Shown here one piece after another: positions 13,084-25,609 of a stretch of 64,000 nucleotides of DNA (its first letter is position 1; every line of letters begins with the position of its first letter). The notes beneath the pieces were generated by a model, which was not told where the DNA came from, searched no databases, and saw only the letters and a list, made by a program, of their open reading frames with translations. The DNA lies in NCBI RefSeq assembly GCF_037042905.1, contig NC_087245.1, positions 44,084,001 to 44,148,000 on the forward strand, in the 5' to 3' direction. The translations under genes were made by a program, and so were the position numbers. This stretch comes from Lytechinus pictus. Its lineage: Eukaryota.

Positions 13084-13723
13084 CTTATGAGATACCGACA
13101 AGTATCTCACCAACAAATTAATGCGAGCGAGAAGCGCGAGCTGACCTTTAAACAGGAAAAGGGTACCTGTTTAGGACTAAAATTTATTTATATTCTGACC
13201 TGAAAGCTTGATATTCTAAGCATTATTGGTACCAATGATTAAGATTGGTATCTAAAAGAACAATAGATGCGAGCGTAAAGCGCGAGCTGAAAATGTTGAT
13301 ATTTCGAGCTGAAAAAATTGACAGTTAATGGACGTTTTTGATAAAGAACACGCTATATATCCAACAAAAGATTATTGCAAAGCGAAACGGGAGTTCCTTT
13401 TGAGATTTACTGAAAACAGGACATTCTATTCACCTATTTAATCATGGAAAGTATGGGTTTTTGCTACAGAAATGATGCGAGCGCGAAGCGCGAGCTGAAA
13501 ATTTTTATATTCCAATCTGAAAAGCAGACATTTTGAGAACGATTTGAAATAAAGAACGAGTTGTGTATCTCAATCTTGCTTGCTGAACATTACAATCTTA
13601 TTTTATTTTTGCACATCCGGAATTATTGGGAGGGGGGGGGGGGGCAAAACGATATGTTTGCCCCCCCCCCAATATTTTCATTGGTGGGGCGATCGCCCCC
13701 CCCCCCCAGGATCGACGCCTCTG
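12934..13723. mobile_element. hAT-like non-autonomous element
   Basis: TIR CAGGGGCGTCGATCC / GGATCGACGCCTCTG with a perfect 8-bp TSD CCATCGAT. Internal (TA)n and GCGAGCGCGAAGCGCGAG motifs. Confidence 0.85.
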
Positions 13724-14812
13724 CCATCGATCCTCCATAATAGGGGTTATCGAGTGCTAAATTGGACAAAATTTGAGGAAATCAATTAGCAATTAAGTGT
13801 CAAGTAAAGAGTTTTTGTTTTCTCTTTGTATTAAAATGATCACCAAATCCTCATTTCCAGGTTACTGGTAGATACATTTTTTCTCACCAATTTTACCTTA
13901 TTTTTTCTCTCTTTTTTATACCTGCTCCCAAACGCCACTCCGCAAGGCTCGGTGCGCCACCATTTGAGAATCCCTGCCCTATCATATTCTTATTCTTGTG
14001 GAATAACACAAATTTTAAAGCGTATTCTTTCCTCCAGACCCGGTTATTTAAAAAATGAATAAAAAACTTCAAATCTAAAACCAATCTTCAAAATTTACAC
14101 CCAGTAAAGAAATATGGGTTTAGAGCTTTGTCTTTACCCCACTCCCAGTTTTTTTAATACAAACTACCGGTAAGACCCCTACAAAACATTGTAATAATGC
14201 ATGGGTAACGCAAACATCCTTTCTCCAGCCTTGGTTATTATTTAAAGAAAAATAAAATAGTTTTTAAAAATATTATAAAACAAATATCCAACACTCTAAT
14301 TCCTGTGGAATAACATGAAGATCAATTGTAGACTATCCTCCAGACAAAGTTATTTTAAGAATAAAAAGCAATAAAACCCAACCCCCCAAAAACGAATCTA
14401 AGAACAAACAATCCTCCGAACTAGGACCATGTAGAAAAGCATGTGTTTAGAGCATTGTCTTTATTTCAGACCCAGTCATTATAAAAAATAATTTAAACAA
14501 TCTTAAAAAATCAAGACCCTCTCATAACATTATTCCTGTGGAATAAGAGGAGTATTAAGCTTAGTCTTTCGTTTAGACATGGTTATTTACAAAATGAACA
14601 AAAATAAAAAAAACTTCAAAGCCAAGGCCAATCTTCAAAATTAAAGTCAGTTATAATGCTTGGGTTTAGAGCATTGTCTTTACCCCACACTCGGTTCTTT
14701 TAAAAATACGAATTAAGCGAAACATTAATCTTAAAACTTAGTCCCCACCATCTTCCAAACTATAAAACCCTGTGATAACGCATACTCAGTTTTACCAGAC
14801 CAGTTTATTTAA

Positions 14813-14983
14813 AGGTCAAGTCCACCCCAGGAAAATGTTGATTTCAATAAAAAGAGAAAAATCAAACTAGCATAGTGCTGAAATTTTCATCAAAATCGCA
14901 TGTAAAATAAGAAAGTTATGGCATTTTAAAGTTTCGCTTATTTTTCACAACAGAGATATGCACAACTCAGTGACATGCAAATG
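14813..14983. mobile_element. Kolobok-like MITE family A, truncated
   Basis: TTAA|AGGTCAAGTCCACCCC left end, broken at ~14984 by a CCCGGGG-terminated element. Confidence 0.75.
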
Positions 14984-15420
14984 ACCCGGGGGGGGGGGGC
15001 ACTCACATTGACGAGTGGATACCATGTGCGACCCCAAAAACACGTAAAAAGGATGTCTTTTCCAAGATAGGGCACGTTACGTACGTAACGTAATAAGGGT
15101 GTCAAAATCACTAAAATAATGAAAAAAGGGTATCTATTTTCGATAGGAAAGCTACGTGTTTAGGGTCAAATTTGCGAGGGTATACTAAAATGTCTTATAA
15201 AGGATGTACTTTTTGCCCCAAGAGTCAACACTACGTGTTTAGAGTACGAATTGCGCTAGTAAACCCAATGATGTAGGTAAAGGTAAAACCAACGTCCGTG
15301 ACATAACATTGAAATATCGCTGTACTTGTTTTGGGTTTCAATTCAGGGAACTCTTGCCAATAGTTTCGTTTTGTTTCCAATACTTGTTAAGGGTAGGGTT
15401 TCACACGCCAATAACTTGGT
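14984..15420. mobile_element. Non-autonomous TIR element (CCCGGGG...CATTGACGAGTGGATACC family), partial
   Basis: Homologous to 51489-52172 and 52746-53029. Confidence 0.7.
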
Positions 15421-15619
15421 CTGTATTAAAGACTACGCTATATTTCCATGTTATTCAACATTAATAAGATTGTGGGATCTTCGTTTGTTTTTATTGTTAT
15501 TTATTTATTATTTCTATTATTATTTGCTATTTAAAATATCTGGGTCTGGAGGAAAGATTATGTGATATTTCTATGGTATTCAACATTAAGAAAAATTAAT
15601 TTTGGGATCTTTGTTTATA

Positions 15620-16194
15620 AGTCAAGTCCAACCCAGGATAATACTGGCTTGAATAGAGAAAAATCAAACTAGCATAGTGCTGAATATTTCATCATAATTG
15701 GATGTAAAATAAGAAAGTTATGACATTTTAAAGGTTTGCTTATTTTTCACAAAACAGTGATATGCACAACTAGGTGAGTCAGTTGATGATGTCCATCACT
15801 CACTATTTCTTTTGTTTTTTATTGTTTGAATTATACAGTATTTCATTTTTTATAGATTTGACAATAAGGACCAACTTGACTGAACAATATAGTATTAAAC
15901 AATGCTAATTCCACATGTTCAGGGAGGAATTAATCGTATCACTTGACAATGAGGAGAAAATTAGAATATTTCATATAATAAAATAAAAAAAGAAATAGTG
16001 TGTGGATGACGTCATAGTCTCCTCATTTGCAGACCAGCCAGGATGTACATATAACTCTTTTGTGAAATTAGGAGAAACTTTAAAATGTCATAACTCTTAT
16101 TTTACATCTGATTTTGATGAAATTTTCAGTGTTATGCTTGTTGGATTTTTCTCTTTTTATTCAAATCAACTTTCTGTTGGGGCGGACTTGTCCT
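15620..16194. mobile_element. Kolobok-like MITE family A
   Basis: GTCAAGTCCAACCC ... GGGGCGGACTTGTCCT|TTAA; homologous to 5920-6520. Confidence 0.85.
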
Positions 16195-16887
16195 TTAAAT
16201 GTTAACCGGGTCTGGAAGAAAAAGACTGTGACTTTGCGCTATATGAACGCATTACTATAGGGTTTTAGTTCAGAACAGATTCGCCAAAAATCCCTTCAAA
16301 TTTATTACATTTGTGGGTAAAGTCATTACATTTGTGGGCGATCAAAAATTAGAACATTTGTGGGTAAAAGGCATTTTTACATTTGTGGGTGAAATTATTA
16401 CATTTTTGGGTAAAGTGTTATTACATTTGTGGGTGTTATTACATTTGTGGGCGTTATTACATTTGTGGGTGTTTATTACATTTGTGGGTGTAACACCTCC
16501 CCCCCCCCCCCCCAGAACTGGATTTGACCTTTTAAGCAAGCCTAAAAAGTTTTTTTTTTAGGGGACCCCTTTCAACATTTCATGCCATTATGCTCCTTGT
16601 GCGCTGTGGCAATTTCATGATAGTTTCTGCTTCAATTTCTATTTTCTAATTCGTGCAATAAGTTTTAAAAAAAATTGGATACAAACAGGTATCATTGTGA
16701 TGACGTGACTTTTTGTGAGACAATCTAATGCCAAAAGATTCATTTTCATTTTGTGATACAGGAAAGTTAATATTCATGAATTATTTTTTATTCTAATTGG
16801 TTTGCCTACATGTAATTCATTATTCACTTGTAATTACTGATTGGTTTTATTTTCAATCCCTATCCTTCCCATTCCCCAAAACTACAG

Positions 16888-16979
16888 TGGGTTACACCAT
16901 TGGAAAGTTTGCAGCTGTTTTCAAATGCAAAGACATATCTTCCACCACCCCAAGTGTACGAGTTCAGGCGACTTCTCAG
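16888..16979 (+). CDS. NUDT19: NUDT19-like, coding exon 2
   Basis: CAG|...|GTAATT. Translates WVTPLESLQLFSNAKTYLPPPQVYEFRRLL, matching the NUDT19 LPPPQ.YE motif. Phase 0 to 2. Confidence 0.9.
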
Positions 16980-17662
16980 GTAATTTATAAACCGATGACA
17001 ATAGGCCTACCTGCCTATACTGTACTGGACAATTATTTTATCAGAAGCTGTTCCATGTGAGTTTCAAGGAATAAATTCACATACACTGTACAACTTGCAG
17101 GGTTGAGTGTACATGTAGCATATTTTTTATGCCTAGAATAGGCTTTGAATCCACAACACTCTTTAGAGATGTGTTTTATACCAGATTAATTTGGCAGATG
17201 CTTGTTTGCTGTTTACTGTTGATTTAATACATGTACTGTTTGGTTATGTGTTGAATTCAGTTAGAATTTTGTAATTGTTAAAGGACTAGTCCACCCCCAA
17301 AAAAAAGTTGATTTGAATAAAAAGAGAAAACTCCAACAAGCATAACACTGAAAATTTCATCAAAATCGGATGTAAAATAAGAAAGTTATGACATTTTAAA
17401 GTTTCGCTTAATTTCACAAAACAGTTATATGCACATCCTGATCGGTATGCAAATGAGGAAACTAATGACGTCATCCACTCACTATTTCTTTTGTATTTTA
17501 TTATATGAAATATTCTAATTTTCTTCTCACTGTCAAGTGATACAACGATTAATTCCTCCCTGAACATATGGAATTAGCATTGTTTATAATACTATATTGT
17601 TCAGTCAAGTAGGTCCTTATTGTCAAATCTGTAAAAATTGAAATATTGTATAATTCAAACAA

Positions 17663-20600
17663 GGGCGCCCTGATAAATGGAAGGAGAGGGCGCCCTGATA
17701 AATTGAAGCGTAGGACGTATAGTGTAAGGAGCTGCAATAAAAATTGTTTTAAATCGGTCTAAATTTTTGGACTTTGAATTCTACTACCACTGTTGGATTA
17801 CACCATGTTTGGATTTAAGCGGCTGAGATCGGCTAATTCGGAGGATAACACTGAAATAGACATATCTCTTGACGAAGCCCCTCCCAACATACAAGGAAAA
17901 GCTGAGACTCGTTCAGAGGTACGTTCAGATAACATTGAATCGATGCTACATGATATTCTAAACAAAGTCTCTGTGCTTGAAAATGTGAGCAAGAAAGTCG
18001 ATATGATAAATGACAAAATCACTAATATTGAAGTGAAGCTGCAATCCTTAGATACAAGGGTTTCTGATTTAGAGAACGGTACCGGATTTCTAGAGTCTGA
18101 AGTTGAAGAAATTAAGATAGAAATTGATAGAATCAACACAATTAAAGCAGATTACGGCTATGTAAATGAGATGAGAAAGAGCGTTGTTGATTTGGTGAAT
18201 AGAAGTAAACAAAACAATGTAATCCTTCATGGCATACCAGAGGGTGAGGAGAATTCCACGTCAGGACTGTGCAAAATACGCCCGTCAATTTTTTGCATCT
18301 CATTTGCATATGGAAAACGTCGAAGTAGAACGTGCCCACCGTACACCACGCATATCCCGTCCTCGGTCAAGCGACCAAGGCCCATTCATGTTAAACTACT
18401 ACGCTTCACTGATCGCGAGGCAATCTTGAAGAAGAGCCCGGCGCTTAAAGATGTTCGTATTCATGGCGCAAGAATCAGAATTAGCAACGATGTTCACCTA
18501 GACACGAGGAAGGATCACCAACGACTGATGGCAAAGGTCAAAGAATTACGGAATGGAAATAAATTCGCGTTCATCCCCAACTCGGTCCCGAGAGTAATAA
18601 AATACAAAGAAGGGCCTAAAGAAGATGCATCCGGACCACTCAAAACAATCCGACTCAGTACACATGGCAGTCTAATTTTTCTCAAAGCAGAATAGATTTT
18701 TTTCTAATATCCAGCTCATTGAGAGACTTTATTGATGAATGTGATATGAAATATGGTTATCGGAGCAATCATTCGGCAATCAGTATCAAAATAAATAGCT
18801 TGGTTCCAAGGAGAGGGCATGGATTTTGGAAATTAAACAATTCACTGTTTATGAATGAAAGTATAATTTAAGACGATATAAGAACAACGATAACAACATT
18901 TTTAGGGGAAAATGACATATCTGATGTTACAAAAAAAAAAGGAATTTTTAAAATATATTAAACAAAAAGTAATCACAATTTCCAAATATGAAAGAAAACA
19001 GAAAATAGAAAAAAAGACAAAAAACATTGATTTTTTAAGACGATTATTACAGCAAGATCCAAATAATGAAGAACTTAAAGAATGTATGAAATGTGAGGAA
19101 GCTGATTTGATAAATCTTCATGAAAGTTACATGAAAGGAGTAATGGTCCGCACCAGAGCATTATGGGTTGCGGAAGGTGAAAAGAATACTAAATATTTCT
19201 TAAACTTAGAAAAAAGAAACTTCAACAAAAAACTTTGGCCAAGTTGGGGGTATTTGTTGAATTACCATCCTAACTATGAAAGTTTATGGATCTAGTTCAT
19301 AAAACTTGGGATACAAGAGTAATCAAGTATCACTGAACATCCCCTGTGAGTTTCAGGTCACAAAACCAAGGTCAAAGGTCAGTTAAGGTTAATAAACTTT
19401 GCCCATGTTGGGGGTATTTGTTGAATTACCATCCTAACTATGAAAGTTTATGGATCTAGTTCATAAAACTTGGGATACAAGAGTAATCAAGTATCACTGA
19501 ACATCCCCTGTGAGTTTCAGGTCACAAAACCAAGGTCAAAGGTCAGTTAAGGTCAATAAACTTAGGCCATGTTGGGGTAATTGTTGAATTGCCATCATAA
19601 CTTTGAAAGTTTATGGATAGAGTGAATGAAATGTGGACATGGGTGTAGTTGACAAGTCTTAAGTCATCGTTCAAATGTCATTTATGGTCAATGTGGTATT
19701 ATGTCATTATATGAATGGTGTTTTGTGAATGATTATTTTATAGTAGTTTTCAAAGTTAGCACTGCTGCTATATTAAATCGCGTAATGCAGGCGAGACTGC
19801 CAGAGGCGTTCCACTTGTTTATATTGAGAGAGGGGTAAGGCAGGGGTGACCACTCTCCCCATATCTTTTTATAATAGGGGCCAAAATTTTAGGGGCATTG
19901 ATAAGACAGATCTACAGAGATACAAGGGATTCAGTTTGAAAATAAAGAAATACGATTAAGCCAATATGCAGATGATACAATCATATACTTATCAGCTACG
20001 GAGAAAAATCTTGAAAATTGTTGTTCTATCCTAACTCATTTTGGAAATATGTCAGGTTTAAACATAAACATGGAAAAGATAGCGTAATACGGCTAGATAG
20101 TGTTAAAAATAATAATTTCAAAGAAAGTAAAGTTAAATGGGTAAAAGATGCATTCTCTTATCTAGGAATAAAAATACCTGTTTCTGATGAATTGGACATA
20201 TATCATTTAAATTTCGATGATGAAATACAACAGGCTGACAATCTACTGAAAGTATGGAATATGAGAACGTTATCATTAGCTGGGAAGATAACTCATCAAA
20301 TCTCTAATAATTCAAAAATTTGTATATTTACATGTATTTAGTATTATTCCAAAACTTAAAAAAAAAACATTGTTTAGATATATCAGAAACCAAGCAGTGT
20401 GAAAAATGGTCTGATGATCTAAATGTAGATCTAAGTCTTTTGATCCAATGGCAAAATAGATTTTTGACTAATTATTGGGTTACTTTGGATTAAAAAATCA
20501 GAATGTTCCAGTATAAGTTTATTCACCGTCGTATATCAACTAATGAGTATTTATTTAAGATAGGTGTGAAGAATTCACCATTGTGTAATTTTTGTAAAAA

Positions 20601-21109
20601 CTGAACCACAAACTTTGATACACTTATTCTGTTTATGCCCTATTGTTTCTAAGTTTTGGACGGAGGTAAATACTTGGTTGAATTTCCACAATATAAGTTG
20701 TCACAAATTTTCAAATATTGATATATGTTTTGGTGTTCCAAGTAAGTTTCAACATCTCTCAAACACAATAATTTTATTTGCAAACTACTTGATTTTCAGA
20801 AAAAAATGTCAAGAAGGACAACTATCGTTACATTTATTCATAAATGAGTTGAAATTTGTTGAAAATGTTGAAAAGTTTATTGCTTTAAAAAAGGGCAAGG
20901 AGATGCTACATTATAAAAAATGGAGACCTTTTACTATTAAATTTTGAACCAATTTGAGACTTGCTTTTATTTGTTATGTATTTAATGATGTACTTTATCT
21001 TGATTACGATGAATATTGATGTATCTTAATGTATCTTGTTGTACACGATGAATATTGTACATATATTTTGTTTTATTGAAGCAATAAAGATTCAAAAAAG
21101 AAAAAAATA
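17663..21109 (+). mobile_element. Tx1/L1-clade LINE, both ends present, internally deleted and frameshifted
   Basis: ORF1-like coiled coil plus RSKQNNVILHGIPE / VERAHR / RPIHVKLLRFTDREAIL. ORF2 remnants SRIDFFL, FWKLNNSL, EGEKNTKYFLNLEKR, RGVRQG, SQYADDT, and a C-terminal CCHC (CNFC...HLFCLC). AATAAA plus A-tail; 13-bp TSD ATAATTCAAACAA (17650-17662 / 21110-21122). Confidence 0.9.
19232..19820 (+). mobile_element. 3' part of a HINE-like element with ~170-bp tandem units, inside the LINE
   Basis: About 2.4 tandem units containing AAGGTCAAAGGTCA (motif shared with 5335-5855), ending GCAGGCGAGACTGCCAGAGGCGTTCCACTTGTTT. Confidence 0.6.
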
Positions 21110-21194
21110 ATAATTCAAACAATAGAAAACAAAAGAAATAGTGAGTGATAGACATCATCGACTGACTCATTGCATGTCACTGAGTTGTGCATAT

Positions 21195-21348
21195 TATTGG
21201 TATGTTTGTATTCTGGATACTTTGTATTGCGCCATCTACTGTTGAGATTGATACATTCGTGCTAGTCAATTGGCACCTTAATAAACACACTCAGCAACTG
21301 TATCTCTTAGAGTCAAGACGTATTATTTATTGTGCTCGTCACATCACA
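21195..21348 (+). mobile_element. Probable solo LTR (154 bp)
   Basis: Interrupts the MITE between 5-bp direct repeats CATAT (21190-21194 / 21349-21353). Ends in CA, begins TA (TG expected), has an internal AATAAA. Confidence 0.55.
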
Positions 21349-22045
21349 CATATCACTGTTTTGTGAAAAATACGCGAAACTTTGAAATGCCATAACTTTC
21401 TAATTTTACATCTGATCTTGATGAAATTTTCAGCGTTATGCTTGTTTGATTTTTCTCTAAATATTCAAATCAACATTTTACTGGGGTGGACTTGACCTTT
21501 AACAGTTTCATCTTGGTGTGTATTTTACATTCATGAAGGTTTCTCAAAACATACAGTACATGGATTATGAAGCCAAACTATTCTATTCATCTAATGAAGC
21601 TAATGTTTTACGGCCAGTGCCTCTACCGATGTTGATACACACACACACACACACACCATACAATTGGTCTATTACCAGACTTTTGAATAGAATGTGTAAC
21701 ATGAAATACACTGTATATACTATTGTCCAGAGTTCCAAAACATCCTTTGACTCATTGTTACATGTAGTTCATATGATTATAAAATCGTGTCATATGAAAA
21801 GTTTTATCAGCTCGTATTTCAAGCTAATTTGACCATTACTCTAAACTAAAGGCTTGTGATTTATCTAGATTTATTATTTTTCTGAACTTCAAAAGATCAT
21901 TCCATTTGTTCTATTAGAAGTATAATTGCAAAGCCCTGTTCTTACTGAAATCGGATCATAGACTATTGGTGACATGGGCCTTTGTACTGATACTGAATAT
22001 TCAACTGAACTGTTAATATTTTCTGTTTTCATTCTAATTTAACAG

Positions 22046-22161
22046 GTTTGAATGTTTTGACCAGCTCTATCAGTTTTCAAAGAGTAGAGCATATGATGGC
22101 ACAGAGCGGTACCTACCAGTTAGATGTAATCTTGAAGATGGTGTTGTCTCTTTATTACCAG
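22046..22161 (+). CDS. NUDT19: NUDT19-like, coding exon 3
   Basis: AACAG|...|GTATGT. Translates (R)FECFDQLYQFSKSRAYDGTERYLPVRCNLEDGVVSLLP(G). Phase 2 to 1. Confidence 0.9.
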
Positions 22162-22637
22162 GTATGTATAAGGAACTTTTTGTAAACGTGAAAGAATATC
22201 TATTCAAACTCACAATTTAAGACCACCCTTTTATGCTTTTTTTATTGCTTTGATATTCTGATCAATTTTTATTATGGAGCAAAACTGTAAGCTTTAATGA
22301 TTCATTTTAATGATAGAGGGAGCATACATGAACAGTGAAAACAGACAACCTTTATTGTTTGGTTGTGGTCATTTAACCCTTTCCATGCGTACTTCGCACG
22401 TATGCACACTTGGTGCCGTGCGAACTTCGCATTTCACGCTCAAGCAAACAATGCATTGTTTCCCTCCCTGAAAATAATTCAGCACAGAGGGGTTCATGGT
22501 CCAGCGCACAAAGAGTTAATGAAAAATTTAAGACTGCTAGCAACCTTGATTTTTGTGTGACAAGCTTTGCTCCACTCCAGTGGACTTTCTCAAGCCTAGA
22601 AATGATCAGACCCCCCTCCCTCTCAACTTTACCTTAA

Positions 22638-23220
22638 ATTGATGGTCTGGGCTGAAAATATTTACATCTTAATACATAAAGTAGAATTCACTGAGCAAAA
22701 TGCCGAAAAATTTCATCAAAATCGGATAACAAATAATAAAGTTATTAAAGTTTAAAGTTTAGCAATATTTTGTGAAAACAGTCGTCATGAATATTCATTA
22801 GGTTCGCTGATGATGTCACATCCCCACTTTCCGTTTTCTTATTTTATTACATAAAATCATATTTTTTTCATTATTTCATACTTGTGTGAATAATATGTCT
22901 CCCTTATAATGAAATAAGTTGCAGCAGTAAATATCTAATGCACTAAATCAGTTGTTAATCCAATTTTTCTAGTTCTTGGACGAAAATATTTGAATAAACC
23001 TAATTTCATATAATAAAGTACAAAAGAACAAGTGGGGATGTGACATCTTCAGCCCACCTAATGAATATTCATGACGGCCGTTTTCACAAAATATTGCTAA
23101 ACTTTAAAATTCAATAACTTTGTTATTTGTTATCCGATTTTGATGAAATTTTTAACATGTTGCTCAGTGAATTCTACTCTATTTATTAAGCTATAAATAC
23201 TTTCAGCCCGGACCATCCCT
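22638..23220. mobile_element. Kolobok-like MITE family B
   Basis: Homologous to 6525-7113; TTAA on both sides; ends GGACCATCCCT. Confidence 0.85.
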
Positions 23221-23248
23221 TTAACTTGAATACGAATGTCCACTTTAA

Positions 23249-23969
23249 CCCTATTTCAACTTGGCTATTTCAGACCAGGATATACGGGGGGGGGGGGGGG
23301 GGGTCAATTTAACCCCCCTTCAGATCTCGGCCGCTGATTGCGTGATTGCCGCGAAAATTTGCGCGCGCAAAGAAATTGTTTATATTTCTTATTAATTATG
23401 CAGATAAGCGAATGAAATTTGTTTTTTGTGTATGTTTTTGCCTTTGACTCACTTTATATAGCTAGTAGAATGCTAAATTTTGGTTAGAGTATTCATTTTT
23501 ACAAATTAGAATAATTCTTACAAATATCTTAAAAAAACATTGCCAAATATAATTAATTTTTTATGTATTATATTGTTTTTTAAATTTATATGTATTTCTT
23601 TGTTTTTTTTTGTTGGGGAGGCTTTTGCGATCATAAATAGCTTAAAATAAATCCATTTAAAGCAACAAAAGTAGAGATACAGGTAATAATATGTTTATGA
23701 TTTTTGGTTGAAAAACCCAATTTGCATTGACTTATTGTACATGGAATCGCGTTTTTGAGCAATTTTGGGTCTGACGCGCACTTACAAAATGTTGCGTAAT
23801 TTCGGAACCACATACCCGGTTGCCGCAAATTCAGTGTCAAAGATATACAAGACTTCAAAGTAAAAAGTCAGCAAGCAACATGGTCACAAAATTTTGCACA
23901 ATGGCGTAGTGACAAAATTTGTTGAAGGGGGGGGGGGGTCAATTTGACCCCCCCCCAGTTAAAGAAGGG
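23249..23969. mobile_element. piggyBac-like non-autonomous element
   Basis: TTAA|CCCTATTTCAACT ... AGTTAAAGAAGGG|TTAA, with subterminal G-run/TCAATTT/C-run hairpins at both ends. Confidence 0.75.
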
Positions 23970-24460
23970 TTAAAACTACTCCTTGGTCCTGTTTCAATAA
24001 CAGTTTAAAGCTACTGAAATCATTCAATTTGATTGGCTGATTATAAACTTGTTATAGAAATTGTGCATTTGTTATAATAACAAGTCTATATGAAATGGGC
24101 CTTTGGTCAGGAAAGGTGTAACTATGACTAAAATTGAATAAAAAAGAACGAAAAAAGTCGATGAATACTCATTGGCAACAATTGTTTGCTAGTGATCACA
24201 AGACATCATGTAGCATAGGGAATATTATGACTGATTGGGCTTGAGAAAGCCCATGGAGCTGATGAGGGCTTCCCACATAAATTTCTAGGTTGGTTGAAGT
24301 AATTGTGACCTAATATACTTCATTTTACATAGATAATTATCGGATTTGAATAGGCAGAGCTATCAAAGTTAAGACTGCGAGTCAGCCGGGCTAAACCAGC
24401 TCTCACAGTTTTTTTAAAGCATCAGATTTGTCTGGTCTTACTTTTGTCACATAGCTTAGT

Positions 24461-25553
24461 GGAAGCGCCGTGGTGTAGCGGTTCTGACTCTCGCCTTGGA
24501 ATCAGAGGGTCGTGTGTTTGAATCTCGCCATGGCCTAGCGTCCTTTGGCAAGGCGTCAATCCACAATTTGCCACTCTCCACCCAGGTGTTAAATGGGTAC
24601 CCGGTAGGATGCGAAAGCCTATGTAGTATGCCTAGCAATTGAGTCTTGGAACTCTTGTTGGAATGCTCCCCAGGGAGTGGAGAAGGTGCATACATTGTAT
24701 GCGGGCATGCAAGTATCCGATGACCGGGGTAATAATATATCTTTAAAGCGCTTAAAGACGTCGTTTTGATGTGTTAACCCTATAGCACCTGAACCGCCCG
24801 AGACCGCCCTTCCTATTACACACTGAACCGCCCTTCACCGCCCGTACGTTTTATTTGCGCTATAGTATCTCTTGTCTATGATTTACCGTGGTAATATTGC
24901 GTGTGCATACCGTATAGGTTGGCTGCTATATAGATCTGCATAGAAAAGTGTATGCTCCTATTGAGTATAATAGAGAAAAACCGATTGACATGCATCGGTG
25001 TGTAGCAAGTTCCAGACTGTTGCGCAGTCAATCTCAGCAAAGATGGCTGCGTCCATGTCTCGGAAAAAACCACTTACTTCGCCGAAGAAGCTCGGGCGTT
25101 GCTATATGTTAATCAAAACGTTGGATATCACACAGAGTGACAACTAGATGTGAGTTGGAATTAATTTTTGACATATTTGATCCAAGATTTGGCGAAAACT
25201 TTAGTATTCTGTCAGTGATACTTTACATTTTTTTGAAGGCGTGGGACTGGGGCGGCTGAAACCCGAACTTTTGTTTTTTTTCTTCTCGCTCTGCAAACGA
25301 TTGTCAAAGGTCAATATTCGTACAACTGATTGAACTTTGCCATGTACCATTCTATTCAACAGGTCCTATGCTACAAAATAAATATAACTTGTAATGAACA
25401 AAAGTAAATTTATAAAAAACTATTTCAATTTGTTTGGAACAATGCCTACTTATTACCAGTTTTATTGGTTCCTCCAGTGAGTAATTGCCATTATGCATAG
25501 GAATCTGTAGGTGCTATAGGGTTAAGCGCTATATAAATGCGGAATATCATTAT
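24461..25553 (+). mobile_element. tRNA-derived SINE interrupted by a piggyBac-like insert
   Basis: A-box-like TGGTGTAGCGG and B-box-like GTTTGAATCTC, core CCACTCTCCACCCAGGTGTTAAATGGGTACC, and tail AAGCGCTATATAAAT resuming after 25525. Homologous to 37345-37686. Confidence 0.8.
24778..25521. mobile_element. piggyBac-like non-autonomous element
   Basis: Perfect 13-bp TIR CCCTATAGCACCT with TTAA TSD. Confidence 0.85.
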
Positions 25554-25609
25554 GAGTAACCTTCCATTTATTGTGGAAATTTAAGTTGTAAATGTTAGCA
25601 TGGGGTAAT

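Larger units (their letters stand above)
10914..16495. mobile_element. Foldback-type element with modular tandem-repeat TIRs, carrying nested inserts
   Basis: Termini TGTTACACC / GGTGTAACA. ACCCACAAATGTAAT arrays at 10914-11283 and inverted at ~16302-16495, followed by an inverted unique segment and degenerate ~110-bp inner repeats. Possible decayed 9-bp TSD (CCTACACCC / CCTCCCCCC). Confidence 0.75.
17282..21498. mobile_element. Kolobok-like MITE family A split by LINE and solo-LTR-like insertions
   Basis: Left half 17282-17662 and right half 21110-21498 join into a complete family A copy bounded by TTAA. Confidence 0.85.

Noticed and set aside
17793..18695. Intact domesticated L1TD1-like gene
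   Set aside because: Two compensating frameshifts move the conserved ERAHR segment to another frame, and the ORF is part of a TSD-flanked decayed LINE.
22377..22515. Tiny piggyBac-like element between TTAA sites
   Set aside because: Terminal inverted similarity is too weak to support.
24461..24535. tRNA gene
   Set aside because: It continues into a SINE core and tail, has a second diverged copy, and forms no clean cloverleaf.
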